Part shown: piece after piece, positions 26,736 to 38,580 of the stretch | How the letters are laid out: the number at the start of each line of letters is the position of its first letter | How positions within the stretch are numbered: position 1 is the stretch's first letter | Assembly: GCF_006345805.1 (NCBI RefSeq) | Contig: NC_043020.1 | Span: 28,706,001-28,770,000 of the forward strand | Reading direction: 5' to 3' | Source: Octopus sinensis | Lineage: Eukaryota | DNA: 64,000 nucleotides | Position numbers and translations under genes: made by a program | The notes under the pieces: model-generated | What the model saw: only the letters and a program-made list of their open reading frames with translations | Told to the model about the DNA's origin: nothing | Database searches by the model: none

Positions 26736-29700
26736 GAGGCGGCGAACCGGCACGATCGTTGACACGCCGGACGAAATACTTACAGACGTTTCGTCCGGCG
26801 TTCTGTGTTCAAATTCCGTTGAGGTTGACTGTTTTTTTTATCTTTCGGAGGCCGATAAAAGTGAGTATCAGTGGAGCCCTGGAGTCGATGTAATCGACTT
26901 AACACCTTCCTTCCTTGTGTCTGTAGCAGAAAGAATTATTTTCCCTGGACCTTAGAACTTATAATTCCATTCTTGGATACATGAACGAAATATATAAATC
27001 ACCTCCAGTACTTAACGAGTACTTTATTGCATAAGGATTGAAAAGTAATGTTAACTTATGGGCGATTTGAAACTTGGAAAACAAAAGTCCATAACTAAAT
27101 ATTGTTAGTTCTTTCTTTCTTGTCTGACGTTCTGACGGTTCTATCTCATAGTTCGAAAATAACTGATCTGTAGTTATTAACTAAAAGTTAATATATGCTA
27201 CCTCCTCTATCTAACCCTATTTGTCTCTTATCTCTTCACTCCGCCTCCTTCTATGCCGTTTCTCTTCCCTAAGTATTAAGCACAATGTCTAATCTTGTTT
27301 AGAATGCTAACTCTACAATTCTCCTCCTATCCACAGTGGGTTTTGAAGCCATCAACTTGCAAATGAAAATCCACCACCATCATCGTCATTTAACGCCCGT
27401 TTTCTTTGCTGGTGGAGGTTGAACGTTTTGAGAGAGCCGCCCAGGCTCCAGTCGTCTGTTTTGGCAGGGCTTCTACGGCAGGATGCCCTTCTTAACGCCC
27501 CACCCACTTTATAGTGCGTTGGGTGCTTTTCACGTGGTGCTCTTTTACATGACACTGGCACAGGATGTGGTGCCAAATGTTTATAAATATCTAAAGCATA
27601 AATGTTGATTATATTAGTTAATGTTATAAATGGCCGTCCTTACTCTGGAGTGGCACTTTTTATGATTGTTTCTAATATAGGTACAAAGCCAACAGTTTTT
27701 GAGAAGAGAGGGGTCAGTTGACTGCAGTGACCCCCAGTACTTGATTAGTACTTTATTTTATCAAAAATGAAAGGACGAAAGATGAATTGGTCCTGGCATG
27801 CATAAAGCCAGCAGTTTTGAGGAGAGGCAGTTAGTCAAGTTCAGTGCCACCCCTACTACTTGACTGATACTCCCCCTCGCCACCAGATATTAATGAAATT
27901 GTCTTTTGTCCCTCTTTATTAATGAGAGGCAAAATAGAGTTTGTATCAAAATAATTTTCCTTTCTTTGAATTTGAACTCAGAACATAGTGGCAGACGAAA
28001 TACTACTAAGCATTTCGCCCAACATGCTAACGTTTCTGCCAGCTCACTACTTTTAACCTAAACCATAGAGAGATGGAACTACAGCTAAGTTTCCAGCCCA
28101 ATTTGACCGTTCCTAGGATTTCAGTTCCTTCTTTTTTTAACAATAAAATAGATCATCCCAAATAAAACTTTCTTTTCTACCCAAAGCAAAGAGGGACTTT
28201 ATGACCAAGGGTTCATCTTTAAACTATAAAATGGTTGAGGATCTTATATAACCATGTCAAGTTCAACATAATTTACAGGCAGGGCCTGGCATTGTGATAA
28301 ATGTTATTGGTATATAGAGACATGCTGGGTAAAATGCTTAGCGGCATTTCGTCTGCCGTTACGTTCTGAGTTCAAATTCCGCCAAGGTCGACTTTGCCTT
28401 TCATCCTTTCGGGGTCGATAAATTAAGTACCAGTTACGCACTGGGGTCGATGTAATCAACTTAATCCGTTTGTCTGTCCTCTCTGTGTTTAGCCCCTTGT
28501 GGGTAGTAAAGAAATAGGTTTAGGTTGAATCTGTCTTCCACTGACAAATATGGTTTTAACTTAGTGCCCAAAATGTGTGGTCTTGAGCTAATCTGAGAAA
28601 TCACCATTATTCGGATGGTAAAAGGTAGGGTGCTGGCAGAATCATTAGAAAACTGGATAAAATGCTCAACAGCATTTCACCTGGCTTTACATTCTGCCGC
28701 AGGTGAGTTTGCCTTTCATCTTTTTTTTTTGATCAATAAAGTAAATACTGGTCGAGCCCTGGGGGTGGGAGTCAATGCAATTAACTAGCCCCCACCCCCT
28801 CCCAAAATTTCAGACCTTGAACCTATAGCAGAAAGGATCATTAAGCTGGTGAAGTGGAAGAAACAGCATCTAATTTTGTCCCCCATTCTGGATTCAAATC
28901 CTGCCGGTGCCAACTTTTTCAAGAAATGGCAGAAGTAACAGTGAGACAATTCTATATGTTCTGCCATTATTTATCTGCATCTCTTCTCAATTTTTATTAA
29001 AACTCTACTCCGACTGAACTTCCCTTTCGTCCTTTTTAGAATCAATAAAATGTCAGTAAAAACACTGGGCTAACCTTATTTCCCAATATCTTCACCAAAA
29101 AAATGTGGTCTTGAATCAATAAATAAGTGACTATTACTATTAGGGAGGAATTAAACAATGCCTTGTGATTTTCCTCACAAACTTTTGTCTTTTGATATCC
29201 TTAACAGGAAACGATTTTGTGTTTAACTAACAACAATTAAAATACACATTGTTCAAAGCACAGTCAAATGATCAAAGACAATGGAAAACAAACATATTCC
29301 TCATACATTCAAATTCTCTTTATTTCTCATCCATCTCTTTGGACATTGTCAAATCTGAGGGTTTTTATTTTTTTAACATTAAATTGTATTTTATTTGTCA
29401 AAGATTTACAATATTTACACAAGCTCTCAGCTCACATAGTTTTGTTAGTCAAATGTTCGGCTGAATGCTGGATGGTATGAAACAATAAAGATTAAAAACA
29501 AAATAAACACACAAATCAATATTTTCATTCTTTGAAGATATTTGTGAAAGAGAAAGATTTCTCACACGAAGCTTTTCAACTGGAAAAAGAGACAAGACAG
29601 GAATTTTCCATATAAGGATTGTTTCAATCAATACTTTTTAATACCCACCCCACCAAAACACCTTGGGTGAGTATCACAGCAAGATGCCTCGCAATGTCCC

Positions 29701-30229
29701 CTGCTCACATGAGATATAGAAATACCCAGATGACCACCCGAGAAAACAAACATGATAGGGTTTTAGTGGTTGTGCTTCCTGATTGTCCATGCAGTAGTGA
29801 GAGCTTGAATGTGGCCCCATAACGGAAGTCACCATAAAATCATAAATGAAGTTCTCAGCTGTGGATTTGAGCAACATTATTATAAGATCTGTCTATAAAC
29901 CTTCTTCAGAAAACTCATTTCCCTGATTTTGTTCTTCAATTAAAAAAAAAACAAAACAAAAAAAATTATAATTGATTCCAACAGCCGGCACGTAAAAAAG
30001 CACCAACTGATTGTGGCTGCTGCCAGCCTCCCCTGGCACCTGTGCCGGTGACACGTAAAAAGCACCCACTACACTCATGGAGCGGTTGGCGGTAGGAAGG
30101 GCATCTATCTGTAGAAACACTACCAGATCAGACTGGAGCCTGGTGCAGCCTCCTGGCTTCCCAGACCCTGGTCAAACCGTCCAACCCATGCTAGCATGGA
30201 AAGCAGATGTTAAACGACGATGATATTAT

Positions 30230-30595
30230 CCAGTGGTGTTATAAGAAGATTAATAAGGATAGTGCCAACATCCCTACATAAAGAAGCAAACTTAGAGAAG
30301 TTTGGAAGAAGCATCGATGACAATTCAATCCAAACAAGACTAGAGAGAGGAAGATCTTCCTTCAAGGAAACTCATGACACAGTCAACACCCTAAGGAAAC
30401 CAAATCCCTGCATTCCAGGTCAGGCTCTGACCCAGAATCTACAAGGGGTGGAGAAGAAAGGATGCCCTAAAAATAGCTGGAGGCAGAATACTGGAACCGA
30501 GGTGAAGAAGCAGAAAAGATGGTCCAGGGTCAAGAACAGTGAGAAAAAGGCATTGATGGCCTCTGGCCCCACAGGGAGTGAAGGGCTTAAGTAAG
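30230..30595 (+). mobile_element. Old RTE-clade LINE 3' fragment
   Basis: NTLRKPNPCIPGQALTQNLQGVEKKGCPKNSWR resembles HTLRK..QALxWNPQG.R.RGRPKNTWR. Confidence 0.65.
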
Positions 30596-31136
30596 AGAAA
30601 GGTAGGATGACTCCCCATTACTGGTCAGTAGACTTGATTCCAAGAACAGACATTCCAGTTGGATTCGGGGCTGAGAGGAAATTGATGTTGTAGGAGTCTG
30701 CAGGTTTGTTTTCTGGACCAGATGACTGGGTTTCATTGCAGAGCAGACCCTATGAGGGAGTTCGGGTGTCTAGGTGTTTGCATATTCTTCAGTATATTTT
30801 CTTTTGTTTCCTTCATGTTCGTTTTTCCATGCTAGCATGGGTTAGCTGAATACACACCATCATCAGGACACTGGTTTTGCAGCCATACATCCTTCCTGTT
30901 CTGAACCCTTAAATGTTTTTCAAGCAAGGGATTTTTTGACAGGGAATGTCAACAAAGGACACCGTTTTTAGCTCAGTTCTTTCATGCATAGCACAGACTG
31001 CAAGCATTCAGCTTAAATACACACACATATACAACAGGCTTCCTTATAGCATCCCTCTACCAAATCCACTCACAATGCATTAATTAGCCCAAGGTTACAA
31101 ATCTACACAGGAACATTATATATATATATATACATG

Positions 31137-31475
31137 TGAAGGTGTATGGTTCAGTGGTTAGAGCGTCGAGCTTACGATCATGAGGTTGTGAGTTCGAATC
31201 CTGTTCTGGGCTGCGTGTTGTGTTCTTGAGCAAGACACTTTATTTCACGTTGCTCTAATTCACTCAGCTGTAGAAATGAGTTGTGACAACACAGGTGCCA
31301 AGCTGTATCGGCCCCTTTGCCTTTCCCTTGGACAACACTGGTGGCGTGGAGAGGGGGAGGCCGGTATGCATGGGCGACTGAAGGTTCTTCCACAAACAAC
31401 CTTGCCCAGACTTGTGCCTGGGAGGGTAACTTTCTAGGTGCAATCCCATGGTCAGTCATGACCGAAGGGGTCTTA
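31137..31475 (+). mobile_element. tRNA-derived SINE family 3
   Basis: TGGTTCAGTGGTTAGAGCG (A box) and GAGTTCGAATCC (B box), then TTGAGCAAGACACTT; older copy at ~3885-4130. Confidence 0.8.
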
Positions 31476-32234
31476 GCAATATATGTATGTATGTAAGTAT
31501 ATATATTCTGTTTAAAGAACCTCTCCCTGGCCACTTAGAATAAAGAACTCAAAGAGAAGCCTGCAAGTGAATAAACATTTAGTCTGTCATCATTAGTTCA
31601 ATAAAACATACAGAGTAATTTAAATTGAAAGGTCCACCTCACGGGGTACACCTACCTCGACATGCTGTCCATTTGGTTGTTGCCCCAGTTTGAAGAGGTA
31701 CCTGACTTCATTATGCAGCAGGTCAGGGCCCTGTTACACTGGCAGAGACACGTATGCAATTATCTCAATCAACATCTTCCAGAACACTAGATTGGCCATG
31801 ATGAGGAGACTGATTTGCCATTGATGGTCTCCCCACCAACAAAAGGTCCCTTGCAACTTTTTCCCTTTGAGGGTATCTAAACGACAAAGTGTTCATAACC
31901 ACCACTTTCACAGGAATTGCAGCAGTTAAAGCAGCAGACAGGTGAGATGGCCGACTCAACTGATCAGGCCATGCTGGTACAGGTTTGACAAGAAATAAAC
32001 CATCTTGCAGACGTCTGCTGTGTGACAAAGGCTGCCCACACTGAACAGTTTTGACTGTGAATAGAAACTTGAAGAGTCAATCTTTCGTGTAATCTCTGTA
32101 TTTTTGCAATATCTTCATTACAACACTCGCATGAAGGTTTCCATCTTGAATTGCCCAGTATTTTGTCAGATTAACAATTATGGACTAAATGTTTATGCAG
32201 ATCCCTCTGCAGAGACCTGCTCTGCACCCTACCT

Positions 32235-32463
32235 GTTTCTTTATTACCCACAAGGGGCTAAACATAGAGGGGACAAACAAGGACAGACATAGGCATTAAG
32301 TCGATTACATCGACCCCAGTGCGTAATTGGTACTTAATTTATCGATCCCGAAAGGATGAAAGGCAAAGTCGACCTCGGCGGAATTTGAACTCAGAACGCA
32401 GTGGCAGACGAAATACCGCTTGGCATTTCGCCCGGCGTGCTAACGTTTCTGCCAGCTCGCCAC
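32235..32463 (-). mobile_element. tRNA-derived SINE family 2, representative
   Basis: Head GGCGAGCTGGCAGAAACG...GAGTTCAAATTCC, central GCCTTTCATCCTTTCGGGGTCGATAAATTAAGTACCAG. Copies near 3072, 6408 (dimer), 11270, 26737, 28320, 48835, 55960 (dimer), 63890. Confidence 0.9.
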
Positions 32464-35020
32464 CCTACACCCTACCACCCGCATAGTAATTCCAAGCACG
32501 AAGCTGACCTCACCCCACCACCCACGCCAGGGCTTGTGGTCCTGCTACAAACCTTATGGCAGTTTCAATAGTGCAGGGGGCACAAGAAAAAAAAAAAGCA
32601 CCCAGCCCATGCTGTAAAGTGATTAGCATTAGATAGAGTATCTAGCCCCCCCACACCCCCAAAAAAAACCATGCCAAAGCAAGCATTGGGGCCCGGACAA
32701 ATCAGTTCCTGTCGAACTATCCAACCCATGCCAGTATGGCACACGGATGCCAAACGATGATGATGACTTATAAAATACATAATTGCAAAGCCATGGACTG
32801 ATGCTTATAAACTTATAGATTTTGAACTGGTTTTTTGGCTTTTGTGGATATCCTACACATTTCTTAGAGGTTTCAATACAGAGAATATCATGTTGAATGA
32901 ATGGTGACACGTTCGCGACTGTTCAATCATTGAAAACCATTGGATGAAGTGTATACAGTGAGAGCGTTTCATGCTTTCTTCTAAGTAAACGATGTCCTTA
33001 GCTGCCTTGTACAGCTTCCTCTTCAAGCAACGAAAAATTGACGATACCTGTATCTGAATATATTTCACAGCTTTAAGTAAGAAAGAAACTGCTAATTGCT
33101 GGCTCGTTTGAAGTTAAGAGGCAGAGAACTCAAGAGAAGTACTGAAAAATGACAGCAGAACATTTTGCTAATTAGTAGAGTACAGTTAATTAATGAAGCC
33201 ACAGTAGAGAAATTTTTAAAAAGAGCATGAAAGGAAATATAATTATTATCACTAAAACGTTTGTTAGGTAAATAGTAAAACTAGATTACTTATAACTAAT
33301 AAAACACATTAAAACAGAAACGAGTAAAAGTAGACATATTCTAATTAAGAACATTTAAATAATGACATTAAAACATTAAAAACAAAGATGTTAAATTAAG
33401 GTAAAACACAGCTAAAAAACAAAAAACCACAAAGATTAAATAGACGAGAAATTAACTCAGATCACATTTTAATTATTTGACAAAAAAATTAAATAATGAC
33501 AGTTGATAATTTATTAGAATGTACAATACAGAACTTTATTAACTTAACAAATTAATAACACTTTCACTAGATGAATAATTTAATTAGAAGAAATACTTAA
33601 TGAAGTCAATGATGGGACATAAATGAGAAGAAAAGAATTATATATAAAACGGCATGACCGATAACGTAGATAATAGCAAGAGCCACTAACAAAAAGATAC
33701 AGAACTAAAAACAGAAACTAAAGAACAAAGATTAAAGACCTGGGAGAAATTCACTCAGATCAGGTTTAATTATTTGACAAAAAATTAAATAAAGACAGGT
33801 AATAAATATATTAGAATGCACGACATAGAACTTTATTAACTTAGATAATAACACTTTTGTAAGAAGCAATACTATAAAGTCAAAATACGGGAAGCGAAAA
33901 ACAAGAAAAGAATATGAAACACGACAACTGTAACATGTAGGAAATTCTGACAATTCTAAAGAGAATATTTAAGGAAAGCAGAAACACCACAGCTAATGAG
34001 AAAAAAAACAAACAATGAAGAGTAAGACTAATAATGCCTAATTTTGGTACAAGACCAATAATTTTGAGGGGAAATATTTGGTAATTACATTACCAGCCCT
34101 ACCTTAGTATTTGATTGGTTTTATATTTTGTCAATCGTGAAAGGATGGAAACAAATAAAAAAAAGTTCTATTTTGTGTGTTACGTAAACAGAAGTTTTCT
34201 GAGAGACAACCGGCCTCTTAACTATCAATTAAGCAATCATTAACTCATGATTGCTTTGGAAAGAACTATAACCAGATAACCATCAGAAAAGCTTTTAGCA
34301 AGAAGAGGAAGTGAAGACAGGGTGTTGCTTTAATTTTATAATTTAATTTTTACACAAATGCATTGACTCACAAGATTCGGCCCACATCATGTGAAGCATC
34401 ACCAGCCACTTAAAAGGACAAGAGTAGAGTCATATAGTATAGTTATGTAGTATATTCCACATCAAATCTCAAAGGTGAGCTGATGATAAATAGATTAGGT
34501 GTTTAGGAGAGATCCCCTTATATCAAGACAACATGAAAAAGGGAAGAGTCAGTCCTGAAGGCTATGCTTCAACATAGAGACTTACAGTCCCGGGGAAAAA
34601 AAAACCCTCTAAAAGGGGACATTCTAATATAGTCTTACAGACCAGAACTCACTGAAGAACATGTATTTAAAATATTGCATAACCTGCATTTTGGATTTTC
34701 TGCATCACTTAAAAATATTGTTACCCAATATCTAGGTTTTAAATATTGTTCCGTAGCTGTTTATTAAGGTTGCATGGGACAAAAGGAAATTATATTTTGC
34801 GATTTCCTCAATGAATTTGAAGAACCATGCTTGCCAAGAAGTTAATAAATATATATAAATTGTATATTTTAAAGAAATAAATTTGAATAAAGTCTCTGGT
34901 GAATATTTCAAATTAAAGAAATTTTTGCTGCTCCAAAAATTACAGTTAAGCCGAAAGATAACCAAGCAGAAGATAAATCTAAAACCTCTTTTAAAAGGAG
35001 AAAATATTTGGGATTTGTTT

Positions 35021-35125
35021 CTATGGATTCTGTAATAGATTCAAACGAGCTTTGATCTGGCACATCAAGTGATAATTTGTGTTGACTTGGGCCAAGTTGG
35101 TCTCAATATAATCAACGATTTCAGG
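35021..35125 (-). CDS. HAUS2: HAUS2-like last coding exon (PEIVDYIETNLAQVNTNYHLMCQIKARLNLLQNP*)
   Basis: tttctcttttcag| phase 0, TAG at 35021-35023. Confidence 0.8.
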   Translation of the reverse strand, partial: PEIVDYIETNLAQVNTNYHLMCQIKARLNLLQNP

Positions 35126-38100
35126 CTGAAAAGAGAAAGAACGAGCATGTTAGTCTTGGTGACCACCACCAACTAAGAATTTACTGCATCAACAAAAATA
35201 ATCAATGTTATAATTTACATATGGTTTGTGTAAGTGCCAGTAAGGTGATCGTTACCAGCGTCGCCTTACTGGCACTTGTGCCCCTGCCAGTAGGGTGCCA
35301 AGAGCACCATCTGAGCGTGATCATTGCCAGAGCAGCCAACTGGCTCTGTGCTGGTGGCACGTAAAAGGGCACCATTCAAGCGGGATCGTTACCAGTGTTG
35401 CTTCACTGGCACCTGTGCGGTGGCATGTGTAAAAAGATTCGAGCGAGGTCATTGCCAGTACCGCCTGACTGGCCCTGTGCTGGTGGCACGTAAAAGGACA
35501 CCATTCGAGCGTGATCATTACCAATGTCGCCTTACTGGCACCTGTGCCGGTGGCATGTGTAAAAGGATTCGAGCGAGGTTGTTGCCAGTACCGCGTGACT
35601 GGCCCCGTGCCGGTGGCATGTAAAAGGACACCATTCGAGCGTGATCATTACCAATGTCGCCTTACTGGCACTTGTGCCCCTGCCAGTAGGGTGCCAAGAG
35701 CACCATCTGAGCGTGATCATTGCCAGAGCAGCCAACTGGCTCTGTGCTGGTGGCACGTAAAAGGGCACCATTCAAGCGGGATCGTTACCAGTGTTGCTTC
35801 ACTGGCACCTGTGCGGTGGCATGTGTAAAAAGATTCGAGCGAGGTCATTGCCAGTACCGCCTGACTGGCCCTGTGCTGGTGGCACGTAAAAGGACACCAT
35901 TCGAGCGTGATCATTACCAATGTCGCCTTACTGGCACCTGTGCCGGTGGCATGTAAAAAGCACCCACTACACTCTCGGAGTGGTTGGCTTTAGGAAGGGC
36001 ATCCAGCTGTAGAAACTCTGCCAGATCAGATTGGAGCCTGGTGCAGCCATCAGGTTCACCAGCACTCAGTCAAAATCGTCCAACCCATGCTAGCATGGAA
36101 AGCGGACGTTAAACGATGATGATGATGATTCATATATATAGTTACATATATAGATGTGTCATATTTATAGAAGGGAGGAGATGGCATTGTATGGTATTAA
36201 GCTTAATTAATTAGGGGAATTAAAATAAGTTCAGCCAAGAATCAGAACCAGAATGCAAACCTGGCTGAGCAAGAGCTTGTTTCAATTCAATAACACTTGT
36301 TTAATAATCTGTTATAATAATAAAGACAGGATCTGTGAGTCAGTCACACACACACACACGCATGCATCTATGTATGCAAGTCGTTAATTTTATTGATCTC
36401 AGTGATCAATCTACAAAGATGTAATGGCAGTGTTTGGGCATCACCTAAAACGACTGAGGATAATACTACAGCAGTGATAGTTCTCCTCCTTCTCTTTTAC
36501 ATTTTTCAGTCATTGGACTGCAGCCATACTAAGGGACCACCTTGAAGAATTTTAGTCAAACAAATCAACCTCAGTCTGGTACTATATTCTATCGGTCTCT
36601 TTTGCCGGGCCACAAAATTACATGGATGTAAACAAACCAACACTGGTTGTCAAGCAGTGGAGTGGACAAACAAGCACAAATGAGGAGCTTCCATACAGTT
36701 TCCATTCTATCAAATTCAGCCAGTGACTATGATAAGAGGACACTTACTCAAGGTGCAGCGCAATAGGATTGAACCTGAGACTACCTGGTCACAAAGCAAG
36801 CTTGATAACCAGAAATTATATTTCCATTCTTCATTGCATCCTAATCTTCCTCGTTCTTTTGTTTAATTGATTTTTAATGAAAATTATTTTAGCAATTTGT
36901 CTGAAAGGAAGAGCAGAATCCATAACCCTTTAAGGGTACCAAAACCAGTGGGAAGGGCAGGGAAAGAGAGAAAGGGCAGACGGTATCCCCAAACCAGAGT
37001 CCTGGCCAAAATGTTTGTAACGAAGTGGACTCTGCTAAAGACACCCCGGGGTGTCTGGTAATGGTGTTATTCTGGATAACAGATTATGTCTACCACCCAA
37101 ATAGGTGATACTGGGATTTGAACTCAGAACACAAAAAGCCAGAACAAATACTATAAGGCGGCACTTCATCATCATCATCATCATCGTTTAATGTCCGTTT
37201 TCCGCGCTAGCACGGGTTGGACGGTTCGATCGGGGATCTGGGAAGCCAGGAGGCTGCACCAGGCTCCAGTCTGATCTGGCAGAGTTCCTACAGCTGGATG
37301 CCACCGGCACAGGGATCACAACTACTATTTCCATTGATATTTATTTTGATGTTTATGTACCTGACTCAACAGGTCTCCTCAAGCACAGCGGGATGTCCTG
37401 AAATCCAAGGTACTTTGAATGGGCAGAGGCTATGCGGAAATGGTGCAGGAAGCAGCCCGAGTCTTTGCAGTCACCTGGGCACATTTTATGATACCAATAC
37501 CAAAATTACTGATTTGTTTCACTCATCCCTTTGAAAGGAGTGCAAGTTGTAGGGCTGGCATCAATGCAAGTAAGGTGGTGTTTCGTACACGAGACAAGGC
37601 AGAGAGTAAAACCTTTCACAAGAAGGTTGATCAGAGTAACCTTTTCATAAGAGGTTACCAAGAGCAGGCAGGGGCAACCTTTTACGAGAAGCAGGCAGCA
37701 TGAGGCAGGACTCATCATTTGGTGGGCTGCACCACTGAAAAAATTAGAGGTAAATTATTTGTTACATATGCCATTCCGAACGTTCTGAATGGTTGTCCAT
37801 GGTTGGATTTAGTACTGAGACAAGTAGACCAGAGAGGGGGAAAATAGGAGGAGAGGAGTGCTAGAGATAGCAGTGAGGCCAGAAATGGGTGAAGGGAACA
37901 AGTAAATGCTGAAAGTGCACAAGGATCCTAAAACAGGAGTTCTCAACCATTTTATCTAGGGACCCCTTTGATTACTATTTCATTCTGGTAGACCCCCAAC
38001 AACCATTCAATGCTTAAAAACTAGTTTTACAGAAACTTCTTTCAAAATTCCTATTTTGTTCTCCTCACATTAACTTGAGTCGTTTGAATTATGTAAAATG

Positions 38101-38543
38101 TTAGAGAAAGAAACCCAACTGTTTCTTGCAATACATACCAATACGAGATACACCTAAAGCAAAAACTTCTCATTACAGAGATGTACTTGCATAGCAAGTG
38201 ACCTGATCTGAGATCGTGTGCTGGAATGAAAACAATTGCAGCGTGGAAGGTGTTTATAAGCCATTTAAGAAACACACAAAAAACGTTAGATTCACTTCAA
38301 CATTTAAATTTAATTTGCAAAATATTTTCGTTGCTTTGAGACCACGACCTGACGGTTTTTGTGTTTCTTAAATGGCTTATAAACACCTTCCATGCTGCAA
38401 AATTTTTTCAGAGGCCCTTAAAATACTATTGTGGGTCCTCAATTCACTATTTTATTGTGTGGATAACCAAAAATCTTGTGTGGGCCCTGGTTGAAAACCA
38501 CTGACCTAGAGTGTGAAAATTTGCGCAGGTGACCAAAGAGGGA

Positions 38544-38580
<37 letters not shown>

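Noticed and set aside
31137-31210. tRNA-like sequence with A and B boxes
   Set aside because: SINE head: no proper acceptor stem, and it continues into SINE body.
31700-32200. Unique, moderately GC-rich stretch with an 87-aa ORF
   Set aside because: No recognisable motif or consistent splice pair in any frame.
35232-35965. CRISPR-like repeat/spacer appearance
   Set aside because: Spacers are homologous to each other and recur, there are no cas genes, and the array is contiguous with a LINE 3' tail in eukaryotic DNA.
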